Shown: one piece after another, positions 12,145 through 23,329 of the stretch | Layout of the letters: each line of letters opens with the position of its first letter | How positions within the stretch are numbered: position 1 is the first letter of the stretch | DNA from: Paramoeba atlantica | Taxonomy: Eukaryota; Protista; Discosea | Length of the DNA stretch: 43,380 nt | NCBI GenBank assembly: GCA_977017575.1 | Contig: CDRNVI010000206.1 | Coordinates: forward strand, 1-43,380 | Reading direction: 5' to 3' | The notes under the pieces: model-generated | The model's input: only the letters and a program-made list of their open reading frames with translations | Databases searched by the model: none | Told to the model about the DNA's origin: nothing | Program-made: the position numbers and the translations under genes

Positions 12145-12245
12145 TAGCCACTGTTTGAAAAGACATATCTTGTCTTGGGTGTTTCTGATCAGTCTCGATC
12201 AAAAAAAACCTTGACAATACACTGCCTTTTTTCAAACAGTGGCTA
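12145..12245. repeat. Perfect 17-bp inverted repeat enclosing 67 bp (hairpin or micro-MITE with TA ends)
   Basis: TAGCCACTGTTTGAAAA (12145-12161) is the exact reverse complement of TTTTCAAACAGTGGCTA (12229-12245). Confidence 0.85.
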
Positions 12246-12259
12246 AATATCTATTATTA

Positions 12260-13500
12260 AAGAGAGAAGAGAGAGAGAAGAGAGAGAAGAGAGAGAAGAG
12301 AGAGAGAAATCTTCTCTTTTATTAACCAACTCACAAGTTGACAAGGAAAAATAAGACAACATCTCTGAATAAACAACATTCATTTGTTCAGCCAACCCTT
12401 GAACATTCCATTCTTTTTTCTGATAAAAGAGAAGAGAGGAGATAAGGACAAAAAAAAAAGAAAAGAAAAGGAAAAAGGAAAGAAAAAAAGAAAAAAAGAA
12501 AAAAAGAAAAAAAGAAAAAAAGAAAAAAAGAAAAAAAGAAAAAAAGAAAAAAAGAAAAAAAGAAAAAATACAAAATACAAAAGGGAATTATGTTCCATTT
12601 CGGGTCTGAGAAAAGTAAAGTCAATAAAAATAATAATAAGAGGAACAAAAACAGAAAAGAGAGAGGGGAGAGAGGAAAAAAAGAGAAAAGAAAGAGAAAA
12701 GAGAAAGAGAAAGAGAAAGAGACCAATAGGGACTTTTCTGTTTGGATTTGAGGAAAAAAGATTGCTCTATCGCTCCAATTATTGTTGGTCTATACATTTT
12801 ATGAGAGAAAGAAGAGAAAATAGAGAAAGAAAAGAAAGAAAGAAAAGAAAGAAAGAAAAGAAAGAAAGAAAAGAAAGAAAGAAAAGAGAGAAAGAAAAGA
12901 GAAAACATCCAAAGAGTAAGAAGGATTACAAGAAGGATGAGGAGTCACAAATGTTGATTTTTGAGAAAAAGAAAAGAGAGAGGGAGACCACAGAGAAGGG
13001 GAGAAGAAGAAGAAGAAGAACTTTCTGGTTTCTCTTTTTTTCTTGAGATGAAAAGAAGAGAGAAAGAGAAATAAAAAAAAGAGAAAGGAAGAGAAAAAAG
13101 AACAGAAACAAAAAAGGGAAAGAATTAGAATGAATTTCAAGTAATTTTACTCTCTTTTTCTTCTTTCCTTCTCTTTCTCTTTCTCTCTTTCTCTCTTTCT
13201 CTTTCCCTCTTCTCTTTCTCTTCTCTTTTTCTTGAAAAAAATAAATAAATTACCTTGACCATTTACGAGAAGGAGGAGAAGCAAAAAGGAGGGAAAGAAG
13301 AGAGAGGGAGAGAAGAAGAGAGAGGGAGAGAAGAAGGAGAAGAGAGAGGAGCTTGTTTCTATTAAATAAATATTTAAATTAAAATTAAAATTAAAAAACA
13401 AAGGTAGAAGAGAAAGAAAAAGAAATGAGAGAGAAAAGAAAAGAAAAGAAAAGAAAAGAGAGAGAAAAAAACCAAAATGGAGAGAGAGAAATGAAAACAA
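12260..13500. repeat. Low-complexity purine/pyrimidine simple repeats
   Basis: (GAGAGAAGA)n at ~12263-12308, (AAAAAAGA)n at ~12475-12566, (GAAA)n at ~12820-12900 and CT-rich tracts. These produce the K/R/E-rich and F/S/L-rich ORFs in the track. Confidence 0.9.
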
Positions 13501-13735
13501 AACAAAAAATTAATTCAAAAAATAGGTTTCTTTTTTTGAACCACACAAAAAGTGATGAGAATCGAGCAGTGTGTGGTTTTTTGTTTTTTGTTTTTGAAAT
13601 TCAAAAAAATTAGATTTCCTTTTAGTTTGTTGATTCTTATTCTTCTTCCTTTTTCTACTTGGTTTCAACTCCTTTTTTTACTTTTTTTTTCATCTGTCAT
13701 TTGGAAGAGAAAAACACCTTCTTTCTTTTTGGTTC

Positions 13736-15890
13736 TGTTGGGAACCAAACAGAACCACCTCTTCTCTTCTCTTGCTCCAACCCCCCTGATCTCTGTCTTT
13801 CTTTCTTCAAGCAAGATTTGGGTTTTTCCTTGCTTGTCTATTTTGACTTTGCAGATGGTCCTTTGGAGATGATTCACTAAAACGCTTCAAAAGCAGCCTG
13901 TCTTTGCTGCTCTGTGGAGTCACAAATAAAATTATTTCTTATTTTTCTCAACAAATCAATTTGATTTCAATAGATAAAAGAGTTCTTTTGCTCTCCACTT
14001 TCACGTTTATTTATAATGTCAATCAAAACTGAGATTCCCAGGCTCGCCCAGACTAACTACTCCATATGGAAGAGTGCTATCCACACACACACAAATCCAT
14101 GCTGCAAATGGCTGGCATTACATCAGCAAGAACATTGAACCTAACACTGTTGATGGTCCTGAAAACATCAAGTCATATTGGACAGCAGCCTTGCTCATAA
14201 CATCCTCTGTTTCAAGCGAGTTGGCATATCTGGTCACTACCGAAAGTGATGAAAGATCATACAATCCATCAGTTTCCTGGGCACACATCTTGTGAAGAAA
14301 GTCAAAGCAATCCATACAGATAGTCCCAAAGAGTACAACACTTGGAGGTTATGTTCTTATTTGGATAGAAGAGGTATTCAGAAGGAAACATCTGTGCCCT
14401 ACTGTCAATGTAAAGGAAGAAGTTTGAAAGCAAGGCGCAACAATATGCATTTTTCTTGGGATTGCACCAGAACACACACAGCGAATATCTTCTTCGCCCA
14501 ATCAATAAGGAGGGAAAGACATCATCACCCAAGATGCTCATTTTCGAGAAACAATCTTTCCAAAACTTGAACCTCAATTTCTAATTTTACTCAAGCTCTC
14601 ACTTTTCAACAGGTTTATATCTGAACTGTGAACCAAACGAAAGTATGGTCTCACCTTCGATTATTCCAAAGCAAAAAGAAGAGGAAGAGAAAGAAGAAAA
14701 GACTATCAGAGGATGAAGAAACTGAGGATGACACACCTCCTGGTACACTGCTGTTACAATCCGATCTTGTGATTGCAGGGGAGAATATATTTGATGAGGA
14801 TGATGAAGAAACCAATCACAATCCTGAGCCTAAAACGACTTTCCACCAGTTCGGAGAAGTTCGAGAGTAGTTCCTGTGCCAAACCATCATTACCTTGATC
14901 TCATCTCTGAGATCACAAAGCCCTTGAGCCAAAATCCTTCAAACAAGCAATTGCATCAACTGAATTGGATAAATGGTTAGAAGCTATTAAGAAAGAGCGG
15001 TGAGATGCTTTGATTGAAAAAGAAACCTGGGAAGAGATTAACAAGAAGAAAGTTCCAAATCACCATTGTATTCTTCATCATCCTATCTGGAGATTCAAGA
15101 AGAAGCTCTATGGTCATTACAAAGCGACCCGATTGTGTTTTGATGGTCGATTCCAAAAAGAAGGAGTTGGGGGTTTTGATGAGACTTTTTCACACCACAG
15201 TCACACATCTTGAAGTTATTCACATCATTCTGTCTATTGTTGCACTTGCTCGTGGTTGTTACATTGAGTTGGGAGATGTTTCAAACGCTTTCCTGAATGC
15301 CAAAGTCGACAAAGATGACTTCCAAACACTCTGACTCCTACCTCTGCGGCTAAGGCTGAATTCATCGCTGCATCTGAAGCAGTCAAGGGTTGTGGCTGAA
15401 GTCTCTTGTGGCTGAGAACAGTTCAACAAACTCTCGGTGAAGACTCGATTCCAAAATTCACACTTGGGCTTGATTCTCGTACTGTTGTGGAGTTGATCAA
15501 ACAACATGATGTTCCTTTTCATGGAAAGACGAAACACATATTCACATATTCAAGCGTAATTTGTTGTTGTATCAGTTGGGTTTCTTTGATGTGTGAAGTA
15601 GATTCGTTCAAATGAAATCAGGCAAATCTATTCAACAAATGAATTGGAAGTGGTAAGTTATTCTGTAGTTTCTCTGCTCAAAGCTTCTCAAGGTGCGGGG
15701 GAGTGTTGGAACCAAACAGAACCACCTCTTCTCTTTTCTTGCTCCAACCCTTGATTCTCCATCATTCTGTGCGCAAGAGAAAATGAGCGAAACTGGCGAG
15801 AAAAGAGCGTTTAGGTAACAGAAATCTGCAACAAAAATAAATAGATTATTTTTTGAATTTTTGAAACATTCCAAAGATCAGAAATGAGAG
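13736..15890 (+). mobile_element. Internally deleted, decayed Ty1/copia LTR retrotransposon
   Basis: LTR starts TGTTGG(G)AACCAAACAGAACCACCTCTTCTC at 13736 and 15704, with PPT GGTGCGGGGGAG just before the second. Remnants in copia order: PR VILDSSLAHNI (~14172); IN KVKAIHTDSPKEY...GIQKETSVPY (14295-14400); RT KWLEAIKKE...ETWEE...WRFKKK..GHYKA...DVSNAFLNA (14970-15305); RH SAAKAEFIAASEAVK..WLR...HGKTKHI (15340-15540). The right boundary is approximate. Confidence 0.92.
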
Positions 15891-15959
15891 AACTCTTTGT
15901 TGACTTTTTGCGAAATGAAACCAAAAAATAAGAATAATTTATTTTTCTTCCCTTTTTCT

Positions 15960-18900
15960 TTTACTTCCAGCTTTCACAGTTTTTTCCCTCTCAGAACTTC
16001 GAACTCCCTCTCCTGATTCCCTCTTCCCCTTCCTCCTCATGAAGACAAAGACAAAGATGAAGACAAAGACAAAGACAAAGACGAAGACGAAGACAAAGAC
16101 GAAGACAAAGACGAAGACAAAAACGAAGACAAAGACAAAGACGAAGACAAAGATGAAGACAAAGACAAAGACAAAAGGGAGGGAGCAGGAGCAGCTCCTG
16201 CAGCAGGGCTTTTGCACCCCCAGCAATTCCAATGGTGGTATCCAACAGATTGTGGTCATAGAGGTGTTTCTCATAAGCAGCCACCATCTTAAACATTCTG
16301 AGGAGCAAGTGGGAACTGGACACGCAATTTGGTCTTCCAGGTGCTCATTTTGTTGAACCAAGGATTGCACTAACTCTTCTTTCCCTTTGAGGGCCCACAA
16401 GTCTCCAAATGATGAGCACAAAGAAGGCAGAGAAGAGAGGTTGAATTTTGTTGTTTTTTTGTTCATGGTTTGATCAAAGCCAGAAAGTCATCTTTGTAAA
16501 ACACAACCCCACAGATTGGTCATTATATTTCAGGGATTGTGGACGACCCACAGTTCCTTTCGGGACACTCCATGATCGATCAACAAGAAACCATTTCACC
16601 AACTCAAAAAATCCACGGGCAACAATGCAAGCATATTCCCAGAGACAAGGGAACCAGATTTTCCATCGAACCAAAGAAAAAATGTTTTCCACAATATTGG
16701 TGCCCAGAATGGAAGTCTTGGTCAATTCAGAGGAGCGGGTTGGGTGTCATCCAAAAAAATCTTTCAGATTCTTCATGGTGGTTATCACTTGTGTGTTAAA
16801 AGTTATTTAACACAAAATGCTTCTTGTTAGGACACCATTTTTTCCATTGCTGAAAAAGGTTCAAAACACTCTCAATCTCTTGGCATTGTGTTCAAACTTC
16901 AAAAGGCTATTGTCCGAAACAACCTGATAAACATTTCAAATTGCTCGCAAATAAAGACACAAGACAAGGCAAAAGTCCTTTTGTGTTGTCGTGAAGGATA
17001 TTGATATTTCGGTGTTTTTTGCGAATGATTCAAGGTCCTCAATGTGGTTGACTAATCGCAGTACAGGGGAAATGGCTTGTTTTGTCGGATGGATGAAAGA
17101 TTTCGAAATCAAAAAAATTTAGCAACTGACTGTTGTGCTTTTTCCAAATCAAAAAGAGAGCTCTTTCAAACTCAGCAAAAACACAAGTAGGCTCATCTCT
17201 GTTCTTTTCATCTCATTTTCATCAAAGATGACACCATCGTCACCCTTTTTCTTCTTCTCTTCCTTCTTCACCATTGCACCAGCACTGGGGACTTTCTTCA
17301 GCATCATCACCAACCATCATCATCATCAATTGGATAAAACATCCCCTCCAAACTAGTGAATGGGGGGGGATCATTATGGGAACCTCATCACCATCTTCCT
17401 CATCACCTTCTTCCTCATCACCAACAGTCAGTGGTACCGCCCTTCTTTGATCCATCGATGAGGGGGGAGGGGGGGGGGGCGATGGAACAAAGAAGAAGTT
17501 TACGCCATCGATTTTTTCTTCTTCTGTCGTTGGGCTTTCAACAGAGAGAGGAGGGAGTTGGTCAATAAAAAAAGAGGAAACTCAAGGCACTTGTTCAAGA
17601 GTTGGTTTCTCCCTGACTTCACCAAATGAACGTAATCGAAGATGTGCAGAATCTTACTCTTCTTTTTTTTAAGATTTGTGAGATACTTGCCCAACCCTTT
17701 GAAACCATCCATTGATGTCCATGTGACAAAAATCTCTTGTTTTTTTGAGAGCATCTTCGAGTTGTTCTACTTGTTTAAGCAATAATTGCTCTCCAGAAAG
17801 CCCAACTGTCAGGGAATAGGCCAGTTCAAGGGGCAGATAGTCCCACAATTTAAGATAAAGAAGAAGTGGTTCACCTTCTTTGCTAAGTCGTTCGCATATG
17901 TGAAATAATTCGAACTTCTGCTGCTGAAGTTCTCAACTTGAAGAGAAGAAACTCACAATATTTCCAACACTTGACCAATCAACCGATTTGATGAGTGAAG
18001 ATAAAAACCAACAACCCTGACCAAATTTCAATCTCATCAGAAACCAAACCTCCAAGAAATTTCGAATATTCCCTGTCCCCATTCAATTTTCGTTCATCCC
18101 CAAACATTTTTCGAATTGCCTCACATTTCAGTGGAAGGTCCTCTTGAGAGTAAGGATCAATTGGGGGAAGAAACCTTTCATCTTCATAAGAGAAGGAGCA
18201 AAAAGATTGAATTTCGAGGGGGTTCAATTTCCAAATAGCCACCTTTGTTTCCTTGCCCTTGAAAACCTACTCCTACGAGTGTTCGAATTGTCTTCTTCTC
18301 ACCAACAAATAAGATGGAAGAGAAAAAGTGGAGAACATCTGGATTCCATCAGGATTGCTCGACCATCAGGTGCTGCCAATGCCTTCAGTTGTTGCTCAAT
18401 GAAGGGTGTAATGAAATGATTGAAACCAACGATCACCATACTTTTTGTTCACTCTTTTCACTAAATCGAGGAGAGACTCATTATGATTTAATCCAAACAG
18501 CATCCTCATTTTGTTCCGAATTATCCACAGCCAAATATGTTGTTGGTGATGAATCACGCTCTTCAATTGTTTTTCGGCACTTGTTCTCACAATTTCCCTT
18601 TCACAAGTTCCTTGATAAAAAACTTTTAAAAAACTTTCTAAATCTCTTTTTTTTTTTGAAAAGAATAAAAAATAAAAAAATAAAATCTCTCTTCTGAAGA
18701 AAATAAAATAAAATAAAAACCTGAGTTGTTTGCTGGACAAAGCCTTCTCAAGTATGCCAATGAGCATCACAGGAATCACAAAGGAGGTTATACTTCCCAT
18801 TTGTAATTTTTGGGAGACTATTCAACCAAACTGGATGGAAAAATTGAAAGAACACATTTGGGATCCATCCTCAATCAGACGACCAATACTCTGTGGGAGA

Positions 18901-20270
18901 TTGACCTCAACAAAATAACAACACCTGTTCTTTGAAGTAAAATTCAAATGTTTCTTCTTAAAGAGAGAGTTGAAGAAGAGAAGAGACAACTTCATCACCA
19001 TCAGATATTTGAGAAAACTGGGGGGGAGAGGGGAATCAAGCTTTACCTCCTTGGAGAAATTCTGGGAGAGGACAACAGAAGACAGAGGCCCAAACACAGA
19101 GTTTTTGGAAGGTGCATTCCCATAACAAGACAACAAACACTGATATCCTCCTGGTTTTAGAACAACTGTGTTGTTGACAAAATGAAAGAGTTTCATTAAA
19201 ATTTTGAAAAGAGGTTCCTCTTTCAAAAACTATCATGTAAGTTGACATCTTTCAAGGTCTTTCTGAATTGCCTGTGAAAAGACAGCATTCGCAAAGAGAC
19301 GGTTCGAAACCAAAGGATGCAACTTTTCCTCCCACTTCGATTGCTCAATCAAACCTTGCGAGTATTCTCGAAAAACAAGAATTGCTCTCCCTTTAAGGGA
19401 GGCAGAAGGCGAAGAAGAAGTTCGCAACAACCTCCCGACAAAACCTCGATGCACAAACCGATTCTCATTTGCTTTCTCCCAAATGTGAGACCCTTCAATT
19501 TTCTTTGAACAAAACCGCTGGTAGAAATCTTCATCATCACAAATCACCTGATTCAGACCCCACCAATATTCCAATCCTTCACAATCACCAAGATCAATCA
19601 CAACAATCGTTTTAACTTGTGTCTCATTAAGATGTCTTGACATATCATCCATACATACAATCAATTCCGTACAAAGCCGAGGAAGATGGTCAATGGAAGA
19701 AAGATTTTGGGCACGTCGATATAACTCGCGTAATTCATTGTGTAAATTCACATCCACAACTAATGTTTGAGCAAAAATCAAAGAATCCCAGGAGCAGTGT
19801 TAAAGCAATTGCTGTTCGAAACCCTTGTTGATCCAATATCTGTTACCTTCCCAATAAATCGCCCACCAAACAAAGGCAAGAGAGCAAGAACCAATTTCTT
19901 TCTTTTTTCATCATCAAGGCAAAGGGTCTCATCTGAGAGTTTTTGTGGTTCATACAAATTCAACTCTTGTTGTTGTTGTTGCCCTTCACAACCATTCGAT
20001 TCATTCAATTCATTCGATTCAAGAAATAATGATGATAATATCAATGATGAGCACTTTGCTTCTTTGTTGCTAGTAGCAGCAGCAGTTCGAATTGGAGGAG
20101 GGAATCAAGAGGGAACAGGAGGTGGGGTGGTGTGACCCCCAGCAGCAGCCACAGAGGATGTTGAGGATGACCCACCAACCACCACCACCATCACAACATT
20201 CAATTGGCAAAAATTTGTTCTCAGCTACCATTGCTTTTTTGGCTCCCATTTTAATCCAATCAGAGGCCAA
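15960..20270 (-). pseudogene. P-element-superfamily (THAP9/P-like) DDE transposase pseudogene with introns and a C-terminal C2H2 zinc finger
   Basis: Ordered motifs on the - strand: LVSDEIEI (~18030, first D), SMDG (~17710, second D), HIFDYVHLVKSGRNQLL (~17620, the D-x2-H-L-x-K-x2-RN signature of P transposases) and LGTNIVENIFSLVR (~16680, catalytic E). After these comes CPVPTC-SRM-F-KMVAA-Y-EK-H-LYD-H (16253-16322), broken by one frameshift. Multiple stops and frameshifts are present. The upstream ORF pieces 18396-20270 are unassigned. Confidence 0.8.
16039..16175. repeat. Hexamer microsatellite (AAGACA/AAGACG)n
   Basis: About 22 units, open in several frames (KT, FV, LC and ED/KD repeats). 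It lies in the 3' tail of the P-like pseudogene. Confidence 0.95.
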
Positions 20271-21829
20271 GTCTCCAAAAGAAATTCTGAATAATGTTAT
20301 ATTTTAATAACAAAGTTTCAAAAAAATTTTGTGTGAAACATGGAAAAAAATGGTTATTAGTTTTTTGACTTACTTGAAATCAGTTCCTTCTTCTTTCTTG
20401 AAACGTCCTTGAACGTTTCCTTGACTGTTTTGAATTCATTGGAATCCTTGTATGAGTCGTACATTCTATGGACGCTTTTGAAAGACACCAAAAAATTATT
20501 ATTATCAGTAAGGAAGAAAAAATCATCTCAAAAAAAAAATCTTTCCTCCTCCTCCCCCCAACTCAACACTTTTTTTCTGTTCCTCCCCTCCTCCCCTCCC
20601 CTCCTTTTCTTTCTTTTTTTCAAAAAAAAATAATACCAATTCCTTGTTGAAGGGGACCAGCAAAACTGCTTCTTGTTACTGGCCTTGAATCCACTCTTCC
20701 TGCCAACATACCACCACCACTGCCCATTGTCATATCATCCCATTCAGTCCACATCAATAACCAATTTTTTTCAGGTGTTTTTTGGATTCCACTCGCTTTC
20801 AATTTTGTCCAAGGAGCGTTTTAAAAGTCCCTTCCAAATGTTTTTTATCGGTTTCATTTTTGTGGTCCGGCAAATCAAAAGAAAAATCTCGAAAAATCTT
20901 GAAAAATCTGTTCCACCAACCAACCGATAGTTACCCCCCTTCCGTTCTCACTTTTCCGACACCTTTTTTCAATAATTCAAGACCTTCAATTTCAGTTCAC
21001 TCTCCAGACAGATCTTAAGAAGATCATTGTGTTTCAAGGATCCTCAGCCTTCAAAGATGATTTGTAGAACTTCCGTTGCACCACTTGATAAAGAAGTCAC
21101 CTATTGGCTTCCTATTACTTGATGTTTTTAATAAAAATATGTTCTCCGTTATGGGTTAATGACCCTAACCCCCACCACCCCTGCTTACTTTTCCACCATT
21201 CCTTTTTCCTTCTCTCTTTGTCTGGCACGAACATGTCATATCTCTCTCTGCCTGGCAGCTCTCTCTTTTCTTTCTTTTTTGATCTAGGTTTTTCCCCTTC
21301 CTCCTCTCCTTTACTCTCTTAAATCAAACAATCATCTCAAAGCAAACCTGTTGTTTGTCTGTCATAAGTTCCTGCTGCTCACAAAAGCAAGTTGTTACTC
21401 GCACACACACAACAGGTCAAGTTATCCCAGGACATAAGAATCGACCCCGCTGTTGTGTTGTGTTGTCCCCGCACCAACCAAGCTTCTTCTGTAAAATATC
21501 TGCAATAAAACCTTGCTCAATCTTTGGGGATTCCTCTTCTTCTTTTGATCATCTCTTTGTTCTTCAGTTTTAAAATCATCCATCCCTCTCCTCTCCTATT
21601 TCATCATCTCACAATTATCCACACCCTCAACACCCAACACATAACCACACAATACCCAACATAAAGGTGTACCCTTTTCCTCTCCCTCCTCTCTCCCCTT
21701 TCTTTTTTGTTTACAAACCTGTGCCAGTGTGATGTGTGATGTGTGATTACATTCAGCAATTTGATTCTGCAGGAAAAAAAAACACTGGACAATGCAAAGG
21801 TGAATCTGTTTCAGAAAATAAGATATGAA

Positions 21830-22404
21830 TAAAAATGACAAAAAGGAAAGAGAAAAAGAAAAAGAAAAAGAAAAGAGAAAAAGAAAAAGAAAAGAAAAGA
21901 AAAAAAGAAAAGAAAAGAAAAAAAGAAAAAAAAGAAAAAAAAAAAGAAAAAACAAGAGTTTTTTCAAACTCTTCCGACACGATTTTCCAAAAAAAGAAAC
22001 ATGAAGATCACGTGAATTCCGTTTCTCTCTTTTTCCATTTTATCTTTCCAAGATACAGAGACAAACTCGCAAGACTGACAGAAACTGAAAAACAAGAAAG
22101 GAAGGAAAGGCAATGTGTGTACCAAAAGCGTTGGTACAACAAAAAAAGAAACCAACCTCTCCCTTCTTTACCTCCCCGGAAGTCCTCAAAGTTACAACAA
22201 CAACCCTCATCATCCCAGGTTCTCTCTCTCTTGGCTTCTTTGTCTCATTACTTTTCTTTCAAACAGGCAACAAATAATGAGGAAAGTCGCGACAAATTTG
22301 TTCGTTTTCTTTTTCTCTCTCTTCTCTCTTCTCTCTTCTCTCTCTCTTTTCTTTCTCTTTTCTTTCTCTTTTCTTTCTCTTTTCTTTCTCTTTTCTTTCT
22401 CTTC

Positions 22405-22436
<32 letters not shown>

Positions 22437-23280
22437 TCTCTCTTTCTCTTTCTCATTCAAATAAATAGAAAATCACCAAAAAAGAGAAATTCACAGATGG
22501 ATATGAGAGGAGGTTTCTTTTCTCTCTTCTCTTTCTCCCTTCTCTTTCTCTCTTCTCTCTTCTCTTTCTCTTCTCTCTTCTCTCTTTCTCTTTCTCTCTT
22601 TCTCTCTTTCTCTCTTTCTCTCTTTCTCTCTTTCTCTTTTCTTTTCTCTCTCTCTCTTCTCTCTTTCTCTTTTTCCTTCTCAATAAAATTTTCTCTCCTC
22701 TTCTCCACTTCTCTCTTCTCTTCTCTCTTCTCTCTTCTCTCTTTCTTAGGAGCAAGGATGTCATGCCCAAAACAATCAATAAATACGAATGAAGCAAGAG
22801 AAAAGGTTTTCTCTCTCCACTTTTCTCTCTCTCTCTTTTCTTTTCGCTTCTCTCTTTCTCTTTCTCTTCTTTTGCTTTCTCTTCTCTTTCTCACTTTTTA
22901 TCAAATCAGCTTTTTGAAGAAGAATTTCCTGTGGAATCCAAAAAATTTTTTACTCTTTTTTTGGTTCTGGGACTCAAATTGATGGTTTTCTCTCTTTTCT
23001 CTCTCTTTTCTCTCTCTTTTTTCTCTCTCTTTTCTCTCTCTCTCTTTTCTCTCTCTCTTTTTTCTCTCTCTTTTCTCTCTCTCTTTTTTCTCTCTCTTTT
23101 CTCTCTCTCTTCTTCTTTTTCTCTCTCTCTCTTTCTTTTCTCTCTCCTCTCTATTCTCTTTTTCTCTTTTTCTCTTCTCTCTTTCTTTTTCAAATAATAA
23201 TTTTTTTTTCCTCCTTTTTCTTTCCTTTTTCTTTCCTTCTTCTCTTTCTTCTCTCTCTCTTTCTTCTCTCTTTCTTTCTT
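21830..23280. repeat. Low-complexity (AAAAG)n and CT-rich simple repeats
   Basis: Long A/G and C/T tracts interrupted by short unique islands at ~21960-22300 and ~22740-22800. Confidence 0.9.
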
Positions 23281-23329
23281 AATCCAGTTTTTTATTTTCG
23301 GATTTTTGTGAAAAGATGAGAGAATCTTG

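Noticed and set aside
12380-13500. Long K/R/E-rich and F/L/S-rich ORFs (also 3891-4367, 21835-23197, 29793-30395, 32386-33039, 33501-34728)
   Set aside because: They are open in several frames on both strands simply because purine or pyrimidine tracts lack stop codons.
15939-16466. KT-, FV- and LC-repeat proteins
   Set aside because: These are overlapping translations of one hexamer microsatellite; the only meaningful content is the frameshifted C2H2 finger.
20380-21600. Minus-strand fragments resembling chromo/Tudor motifs (FIADILQKK..ILMSW, GDFFIKWCNG, GQWWWYVG)
   Set aside because: They are short, in different frames and separated by stops; likely decayed coding DNA, but no domain can be supported.
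21960-22300. Unique island between simple repeats translating RYRDKLARLTETEKQERKERQCVYQKRWYNKK
   Set aside because: No start, splice context or recognisable motif.
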